Below are positions 57,585 to 64,000 of a DNA stretch of 64,000 nt, piece by piece. The notes beneath the pieces were generated by a model. It made no database searches and was not told the origin of the DNA. It worked only from the letters and a program-made list of their open reading frames with translations. Both the position numbers and the translations under genes were made by a program. Positions within the stretch are counted from its first letter, which is position 1. Each line of letters begins with the position of its first letter. Source of the DNA: Candidatus Eremiobacteria bacterium (lineage in GTDB: Bacteria; Vulcanimicrobiota; Vulcanimicrobiia; Vulcanimicrobiales; Vulcanimicrobiaceae); assembly GCA_963737065.1 (NCBI GenBank), contig CAVTRC010000001.1, positions 2,304,001 to 2,368,000 of the forward strand, written 5' to 3'.

Positions 57585-58458
57585 ACCGGAAGCGGCGATC
57601 GAGCAGAGCGTCGAGCGCGACGGGATCGTTCGCAAAGGGGATCGCGTCGTCGTTGCGTGCAGCGGCGGCGCCGATTCGGTTGCACTAGCAGCGGCGCTGT
57701 GCGCCGTGCGCGCGCCAATGGCACTCCAACTCACGCTCGCGTATGTCAACCACGGCACGCGCGAGTCGGCGTGGCAAGACGAGTGCGTCGCGCTGCGGAT
57801 CGGCGCAACATTCGGCATTCCTGTTCGCGTCGTGCCGCTCTCCGGCGATCGGTGTGATGAGGCATCGCTGCGGAAGGCACGCTACGAGGCGCTGCTCGAC
57901 ATCGCGCGCGACGTCCGTGCGAACGTCGTTGCAACCGCGCATCATCAAGAGGATCAAAGCGAGACGGTGATGCTTGCACTGTTGCGCGGCACCGGGCCCG
58001 GTGGGATGGTGGGCATGCGTCCGCGCCGCGAAATGGCGCCGGGCATTGAACTTGCGCGTCCACTGCTGCGCATGGCTTCCCACGAGCTACGCCACTATTG
58101 CCACGTTCATGCATTGCCGTACGCGGTCGACCCGACGAATGCCGACCTCGGCTTACGCCGAAACGCCGTTCGCCAAGCGCTTGAAGCGCTTCGTCCGTAT
58201 TTCCCCGCTCTCGATGCTGCCGTCGCGCGCACCGCCGAACTGCTCGGCGAAGAGGCCGAGCGAACCGGCCGCGCGGCATTGCGCCGGCGCGTTCGCGACG
58301 CTCTCGACACGGAACAGGCGCTGCGTGACGTCGATTTTCAGCACGTCGAAGCCGCCGTACGCGCGTTGGAACGCGGCCGCTCCGGGCGCTTTCATATGAG
58401 GACCGGCATTGAAGTAGAAATCGCAGGCGGCAAGATTATCGTTAGAAAGGCGCAGTGA
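57571..58458 (+). CDS. tilS: tRNA(Ile)-lysidine synthetase (short form)
   Basis: SGGADS PP-loop, ARY, TAHHQEDQSET, RPLL, DPTN..RNAVR; tilS-hpt-ftsH synteny. Confidence 0.92.
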   Translation: MRGAKPEAAIEQSVERDGIVRKGDRVVVACSGGADSVALAAALCAVRAPMALQLTLAYVNHGTRESAWQDECVALRIGATFGIPVRVVPLSGDRCDEASLRKARYEALLDIARDVRANVVATAHHQEDQSETVMLALLRGTGPGGMVGMRPRREMAPGIELARPLLRMASHELRHYCHVHALPYAVDPTNADLGLRRNAVRQALEALRPYFPALDAAVARTAELLGEEAERTGRAALRRRVRDALDTEQALRDVDFQHVEAAVRALERGRSGRFHMRTGIEVEIAGGKIIVRKAQ

Positions 58459-59033
58459 AGACGACGGATTCCTACGACGCAGCAATCGAGCGGGCGCTCT
58501 TCACCGCAGAGGAAATCGCCGGCGCACTCGCGCGTCTCGCGAAGCAGATCGCGGACGACTACCGCGGGCAACCGTTGACCCTGGTCGGCGTGTTGAAAGG
58601 AGCGCTCTATGTCGTCACCGACCTCGCGCGTGCGCTCGCCGCGATTCCGGACGGCCCGAGCGAAATCATCGTGGACTACATCTGCGTTTCCAGCTACGGG
58701 AATTCTACGCGTTCGTCGGGCGAGGTTCGTATGCTCAAGGACGTGAGTGAGCCCATGACCGGCCGCAACGTCGTGATCGTCGAGGACATCGTGGATAACG
58801 GCCTCACGTTGCAGTACCTCCGGTCGTTACTCGAAGAGCGGAGGCCGGCACGCCTGCGAGCCTGCGTCCTCTTCAACAAGCCCTACCACCGGCGTGTCGA
58901 CGTCCCGATCGACTATATCGGCCTACAATCTCCTGACGAATTCGTCGTAGGTTACGGTTTGGACTACCAGGAACTGTTCCGGAACCTGCCCTACCTGGCA
59001 CAGCTCCGTCCAGCCGTCTTTAAGGAAGGGTAG
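58455..59033 (+). CDS. hpt: Hypoxanthine phosphoribosyltransferase
   Basis: GVLKGA, SSYG, IVEDIVDNG, FVVGYGLDY. Confidence 0.95.
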   Translation: MKTTDSYDAAIERALFTAEEIAGALARLAKQIADDYRGQPLTLVGVLKGALYVVTDLARALAAIPDGPSEIIVDYICVSSYGNSTRSSGEVRMLKDVSEPMTGRNVVIVEDIVDNGLTLQYLRSLLEERRPARLRACVLFNKPYHRRVDVPIDYIGLQSPDEFVVGYGLDYQELFRNLPYLAQLRPAVFKEG

Positions 59034-59087
59034 AGTCTAATATATCGCGTGAACGCGCGATCAAACACATCAAAGGCTTTTTAAGTA

Positions 59088-61004
59088 GTGAGTAAACATC
59101 TCCGGTCCATTCTTCTGATCGTGCTCGCCGTCATCGCGGTTTTCGTGATCGTCGAGCGTATGGTGCAGCCGGGTGAAGGGGCGACGAATCTCCCTTACGG
59201 CAAGTTCTATCAGAAGCTGGAATCGTATCAGGTTGAGTCCTTCAACGCCGTCGGCCAACAGGCGTCCGGCGCGCTTTCGGATGGTTCGAAGTACACCGTC
59301 TCGTTGCCGAACACCGATCACGAGTTTGTGAAAGACGTGCAGGCGCACGTCAAGAGCGGACAAGTGAATTTCCAGCAGCAGAGCAACAGCGGGCTACTTT
59401 CGAGTCTCGTAACGCTCGCGCCGCTGCTGTTGATGGCGCTCTTCCTGTTCTTCATTCTTCGTCAAGCGCAAAGCGGCGGAAGCCAAGCGCTCTCGTTCGG
59501 GCGGTCGCGCGCGAAGATGATGTCGGAGAATCGTCCGAAGGTCACGTTCGCCGACGTTGCGGGTGTCGATGAGGCAAAAGAGGAGCTCGGCGAAATCGTC
59601 GACTTCCTGAAGTACCCGAAGAAATATCAGGCACTCGGAGCGCGCATTCCGAAAGGCGTATTGCTGCTCGGACCGCCGGGATCCGGTAAGACGCTGCTCG
59701 CACGCGCTATCGCAGGCGAAGCCGGCGTGCCGTTCTTCTCGATCTCCGGTTCGGATTTCGTCGAGATGTTCGTCGGTGTCGGCGCTTCGCGCGTTCGCGA
59801 CCTCTTCGATCAAGCGAAGAAATCCGCGCCGTGTATCGTCTTCATCGACGAAATCGATGCGGTTGGGCGGCAGCGCGGCGCCGGCCTCGGCGGCGGACAC
59901 GACGAGCGCGAACAGACGCTCAACCAATTGCTTGTCGAGATGGACGGCTTCGATCAAAACACGGGCGTCATCTTGATCGCGGCGACGAACCGCCCCGACG
60001 TGCTCGATCCCGCCCTGCTTCGTCCCGGCCGCTTCGACCGTCAAATCGTCGTCGATCGCGCCGACTTCCGCGGCCGTCAGAAGATTCTGGAAGTGCACGC
60101 GCGCAACAAGCCGCTCTCGAAGGAAGTCTCCCTGGAAACGCTTGCAAAGCGCACGCCGGGCTTCTCGGGTGCAGATCTCGAGAATCTATTGAACGAAGCG
60201 GCGCTGCTCGCGGCGCGCAAGAACAAGAACATCATCGAGATGCAAGATTGCGATGAAGCGATCGACCGCGTCATGGTCGGCCCGGAGCGTAAGTCGACGG
60301 TGATGTCGAAGAAAGAAAAAGAGAACACGGCGTATCACGAGTCGGGCCACGCCATCCTTGGCGGCATGCTCGATAAAGCCGATCCGGTGCACAAGGTCAC
60401 GATCATTCCACGCGGTATGGCGCTCGGCTTAACGTGGTCGCTCCCCGAAGACGATCGCCACAGCGTCACCAAAGAAGAACTGCTCGCGCAAATCACGATG
60501 GCGCTCGGTGGCCGTCTGGCCGAAGAGATTCAATTCGGCGACGTCACGACCGGTGCGAGCAACGACTTCCAAAAGGCAACCGAACTCGCGCGCCGCATGG
60601 TGACGCAGTACGGCATGAGCTCGCTCGGCCCGATTCAGTTCGGACGCGGCAACCACCAGGTATTCCTCGGCCGCGATCTCGGCGAAGAGCGTAACTACTC
60701 TGAAGAAGTTGCGAGCAAAATCGACGGCGAGGTTCGGAACATCATCGAAACGTGCTATCAGCAAGGCCGCAAGATTCTCGGCGAAAACTGGGATAAGGTG
60801 GAACGTATGGTAGCCTCGCTGCTCGAGTACGAAACCGTTGACGCCGAAGAAGTACGCGCGATTCTCGAGGGAAAGCCTTACGATAAAAATTCAGGTGGAA
60901 CCGGCGTCTCTGCCGTGCCGCCTGCGCCCGAAAAACCCGCGGAGGAGCCGCAGCGCGAGAAGCCCTCGCGACTGCCCCCAACGATTCGCCCGGAACCGGC
61001 ATGA
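59088..61004 (+). CDS. ftsH: ATP-dependent zinc metalloprotease FtsH
   Basis: 2 [28 protein letters not shown]. Confidence 0.98.
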   Translation: MSKHLRSILLIVLAVIAVFVIVERMVQPGEGATNLPYGKFYQKLESYQVESFNAVGQQASGALSDGSKYTVSLPNTDHEFVKDVQAHVKSGQVNFQQQSNSGLLSSLVTLAPLLLMALFLFFILRQAQSGGSQALSFGRSRAKMMSENRPKVTFADVAGVDEAKEELGEIVDFLKYPKKYQALGARIPKGVLLLGPPGSGKTLLARAIAGEAGVPFFSISGSDFVEMFVGVGASRVRDLFDQAKKSAPCIVFIDEIDAVGRQRGAGLGGGHDEREQTLNQLLVEMDGFDQNTGVILIAATNRPDVLDPALLRPGRFDRQIVVDRADFRGRQKILEVHARNKPLSKEVSLETLAKRTPGFSGADLENLLNEAALLAARKNKNIIEMQDCDEAIDRVMVGPERKSTVMSKKEKENTAYHESGHAILGGMLDKADPVHKVTIIPRGMALGLTWSLPEDDRHSVTKEELLAQITMALGGRLAEEIQFGDVTTGASNDFQKATELARRMVTQYGMSSLGPIQFGRGNHQVFLGRDLGEERNYSEEVASKIDGEVRNIIETCYQQGRKILGENWDKVERMVASLLEYETVDAEEVRAILEGKPYDKNSGGTGVSAVPPAPEKPAEEPQREKPSRLPPTIRPEPA

Positions 61005-62299
61005 ACCGACAAATCGTAATCGCGTTGGCGGCGCTGGCAATTGGGCTAGCGCCGCTCGGCATTTCGGCCGCTGCCGACGTCCCGACCGTCGGAAGGTTGC
61101 CGCACGGCGGCAACTTCGTGCTCTACCGCGATCAAACGGTTCCCGCCGCGGCCGTCGATCTGTGGTTCCGCGCGCCTGGCGCCGGTTACGATAATGCGTT
61201 GCCCGGGATCGCGCGCATCGCGGCGACCGCCGCCGCAACCGCAACGCTCGAGAGCGGCAAGTCGCTCTTCGGATTCGTGCGCAGCGTAGGCGGCCACATG
61301 TCGATCAATGTGTATCCCGACATCATCGGCGTGAGCGCCGTCGTGCCGACGAATGCCGCACGCCGGGTCATCGCCGCGATGAGCGCGGCGTATTTTTCGC
61401 CGGCGATCGACGATTCGGCGCTGAAAACGGCGCAAAAAGATGCAGCCGTCTTGTCGGTCGCGCGCCGCTATTCGTCCGACGATGTACTGCATGATGCGCT
61501 CTTCGCGCAGATTTTCTCGTCGGGACCGAACCACTATTCGCCGCTGCCGGAAACCGTTGACCAGATAAGAAAGATTTCGCTCGCCGACGTAAGATCGTTC
61601 GCGAAGCGCGCGTTCCGCTCGGCGAACGCGACGATGTCGCTTGCGGGCAATGTCGATCCGTTGTGGATCGAGGCCGTGACGGCCGGGACGCCGGGCTCAC
61701 CGGATGCGCCGATTAGATCGCCGATCGCCGGAGCGCCTGCAAACACCAGCATTAGCGGCAACGTGCCGGGCGTCGGCATCGCGTGGACCGGTCCGCCGAT
61801 TAGCGATGAGCGCGCTGCGACCGCAATGGATTTTATCGCCGACTATCTGTTTCGCGATGAAACCGGAACGGTCGTGAGAGCGGTCACGTTGCAGAGCGGA
61901 AACTACGTGAGCGGCCAATTCATCACGCTACACGACCCGGGCGTCATGCTGGTGACGATCGGTGGCGACAAGCCGGCGCAATTGAAGCAAACGGTGCTCA
62001 ATGCGGTCGCCGCTCTCGCGACGCCGCTCGACTCCAAAACGTTCGAGGCAGCTCGTGCGGCCTTCGTCTATCATCTTGCGGTCGATACGCAGCTTCCGAT
62101 CGAGCAGGCCGACAATCTCGGGTGGTATGCGGCAGAAGGCAATGCGTCGTACGCACCGAGCGATCCGAGCAGCAGCTATTGGCAGCGCGCGAAAGACCTC
62201 GATCCGGCATATGTCGCGTCAGTGGTCAAACAGTATTTGTCGCATCCCGTCGTCGTCGACTTGACGGCTTCCCCCGCGTCGAAGGAGTCCGCATCGTGA
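61001..62299 (+). CDS. Exported M16 peptidase-like protein, non-catalytic
   Basis: M16-type N-terminus VDLWFRAPG..PGIA but no HxxEH; signal peptide. Confidence 0.75.
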   Translation: MNRQIVIALAALAIGLAPLGISAAADVPTVGRLPHGGNFVLYRDQTVPAAAVDLWFRAPGAGYDNALPGIARIAATAAATATLESGKSLFGFVRSVGGHMSINVYPDIIGVSAVVPTNAARRVIAAMSAAYFSPAIDDSALKTAQKDAAVLSVARRYSSDDVLHDALFAQIFSSGPNHYSPLPETVDQIRKISLADVRSFAKRAFRSANATMSLAGNVDPLWIEAVTAGTPGSPDAPIRSPIAGAPANTSISGNVPGVGIAWTGPPISDERAATAMDFIADYLFRDETGTVVRAVTLQSGNYVSGQFITLHDPGVMLVTIGGDKPAQLKQTVLNAVAALATPLDSKTFEAARAAFVYHLAVDTQLPIEQADNLGWYAAEGNASYAPSDPSSSYWQRAKDLDPAYVASVVKQYLSHPVVVDLTASPASKESAS

Positions 62300-63606
62300 A
62301 ATCCCGCGTCGCCGCGCTCGCGCTCATCTGCGCGTTCGCGCTTCCGTCCGTCGCCTTCGCCGCGGCACCCGTCGTTCAAAACAGCAGTGGGGCGACGCTC
62401 ATCGAGCAGCAAGACAATGCGGCTCCGCTCGTTCATGTGACCGTCGTCGTGCGCGCCGGACTCAATCGACAGACGATGTCGCAAAACGGCCTGGCCGCGT
62501 TGACCGCGCAAACGGTTCTGCGAACGGCCGTCGACGGAACGCCGCTCGAAGATGCACTCGCAGCACATGGCGGCGGCGTTCATTTTGCGGTCGATCCCGG
62601 CGACGTTCGATTTGCGGTCGAATCGACGCCGGCGCAAGCGCCGGCGGTGTTCGATCTGTTCCGTCGCGCGATCGCTGCGCCCGCATTCGACGCAAAAACC
62701 GTTACGTCGGCGCGAACCGCGCTGCAGACGCAGATCGCGATGAACGAGCAAGTCGCCCTGCAAGTCGGAATGGACATGCTCGCCGGGAACGATGCGCCCT
62801 CCGCCAATGCAGCGCTTCCCGCACTCGGTATTCCCGGCGCACTTGCGCAAATGGGGCCCGCCGACGTGCGCGGATTCTATGCGAAGTTTTACCGTCGCGG
62901 TGGCTCGTTCGTAAGCGGTGTCGGCCGCCTCGACGCGCTCTCGGCCGGTATGCTGGATACGCTCGCGCAAACATTGCCGGCCGGCGACACTACCGCTGTC
63001 GCGGTTTCGCTTCCGAAGCTGCAAGGCACGACGCATCAATATGTCACGCACCGCGATATCTCTGCGCCTTGGTTGATCGCGCAGTATCCCGCGCCGCCGA
63101 TTGACAGTAAGGATTACGGGCCGATGCTCGTGCTTTCTTCGTTCATGCAACGCACGCTCTCGGAGATTGCCCAAGTCCCAGGCGTCGTTTCATCGACTGC
63201 GAGCTCGCGCGCGGTCGGCGCAATGTATCAGTACGACCGTACCGATCCGAATCTTACGCTCTATGTGAACGGCAGCATCGGCAACCCGAACCGCGCATTT
63301 GCTACGGCGCTTTCGGTCGCAAGCATTCTCGCCGCGACAAAACTGCAAGGATCGATCGACGATTTCAAAGCGCTTGCGGCAGGCGACTTCGTCAGCGAGT
63401 CGACGAGCTTGGAATCGCGCGCGTGGCTTGCCGTGCTATTCAGCCAAAACGGTCAATCGGCCGATTACGTGAGCCGCACGCTGAGCGCAATTGCAAACAC
63501 GAACGCCGCCGATTTACAGCGCGTTGCTCGTCAATATCTCGGTAATCCCGCGATCGCGCTCGTGCTGCCGCGCGATACGAACGCGCAAGCTTCACAAAGC
63601 CCCTGA
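62296..63606 (+). CDS. Exported M16 peptidase-like protein, non-catalytic
   Basis: VVRAG..NGLAALTA, DVRGFYAKFY, DLQRVARQYL; no HxxEH. Confidence 0.75.
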   Translation: MKSRVAALALICAFALPSVAFAAAPVVQNSSGATLIEQQDNAAPLVHVTVVVRAGLNRQTMSQNGLAALTAQTVLRTAVDGTPLEDALAAHGGGVHFAVDPGDVRFAVESTPAQAPAVFDLFRRAIAAPAFDAKTVTSARTALQTQIAMNEQVALQVGMDMLAGNDAPSANAALPALGIPGALAQMGPADVRGFYAKFYRRGGSFVSGVGRLDALSAGMLDTLAQTLPAGDTTAVAVSLPKLQGTTHQYVTHRDISAPWLIAQYPAPPIDSKDYGPMLVLSSFMQRTLSEIAQVPGVVSSTASSRAVGAMYQYDRTDPNLTLYVNGSIGNPNRAFATALSVASILAATKLQGSIDDFKALAAGDFVSESTSLESRAWLAVLFSQNGQSADYVSRTLSAIANTNAADLQRVARQYLGNPAIALVLPRDTNAQASQSP

Positions 63607-63633
63607 AAGTCGCGCTTAGGGCCAGTTTACGCA

Positions 63634-64000
63634 ATGCGTAAACTGGCCCTTGTCCACGATTACCTCAACCAGCGCGGAGGCGCCGAACGCGTCTTTGCGC
63701 ACATGGTTGCGGCGTGGCCGGATGCTCCCGTGTTCACGGCATTGTATGATGAAGCCGTTATCGGCGATTTGATCCCCCGCGAGCGCGTGCAGACATCCGC
63801 GCTCGCGCGCATTCCGGGCGCGAACCGCAATTTTCGTTACTTGGCACCGCTGTATCCGCGCGCATTCGAGGCTTTCGATTTTTCGCCGTACGATGTGGTG
63901 ATCAGTTCGACGAGTTCGTGGGCGAAGGGCGTCCACGTTCGTTCGGATGCCGTGCATGTGTGCTTCATTCACACCGTCAGCCGTTTCTTGTTCGACTACG
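63634..64000 (+). CDS. GT4-family glycosyltransferase (runs off the window end)
   Basis: MRKLALVHDYLNQRGGAERV...DVVISSTSSWAKG...HVCFIHT. Confidence 0.88.
   Translation, partial: MRKLALVHDYLNQRGGAERVFAHMVAAWPDAPVFTALYDEAVIGDLIPRERVQTSALARIPGANRNFRYLAPLYPRAFEAFDFSPYDVVISSTSSWAKGVHVRSDAVHVCFIHTVSRFLFDY

Overview
GC-rich bacterial chromosome window of about 65 densely packed, often start/stop-overlapping genes; gene style suggests Eremiobacterota/Vulcanimicrobiota (inference only). Housekeeping content includes serS, moeA, smpB-tilS-hpt-ftsH, tRNA-Ser(UGA), kynA/kynU and an M-box-controlled MgtE-domain/NRAMP-like Mg2+ operon. Top observations: (1) an unannotated 25-codon leader peptide with three consecutive Tyr codons, a sigma70 promoter, alternative hairpins and an intrinsic terminator directly upstream of an uncharacterised heme-oxygenase-like diiron (HDO) enzyme, i.e. 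an apparent tyrosine-sensing attenuator that may point to a new Tyr-supply enzyme; (2) a six-gene chaperone-usher/WxL-like surface-fibre operon divergent from an atypical flagellin and two paralogous lipoproteins, with sigma28-like boxes before four of these genes; (3) a decayed integrative element bounded by a degenerate duplicate of the 5' half of tRNA-Ser; (4) a mosaic palindromic repeat inside the M-box leader; (5) catalytically altered proteins (PAHRV alkyltransferase-like protein, two zinc-less M16 proteins, a degenerate glutamine synthetase). All calls come from motif recognition by eye; no searches were run.
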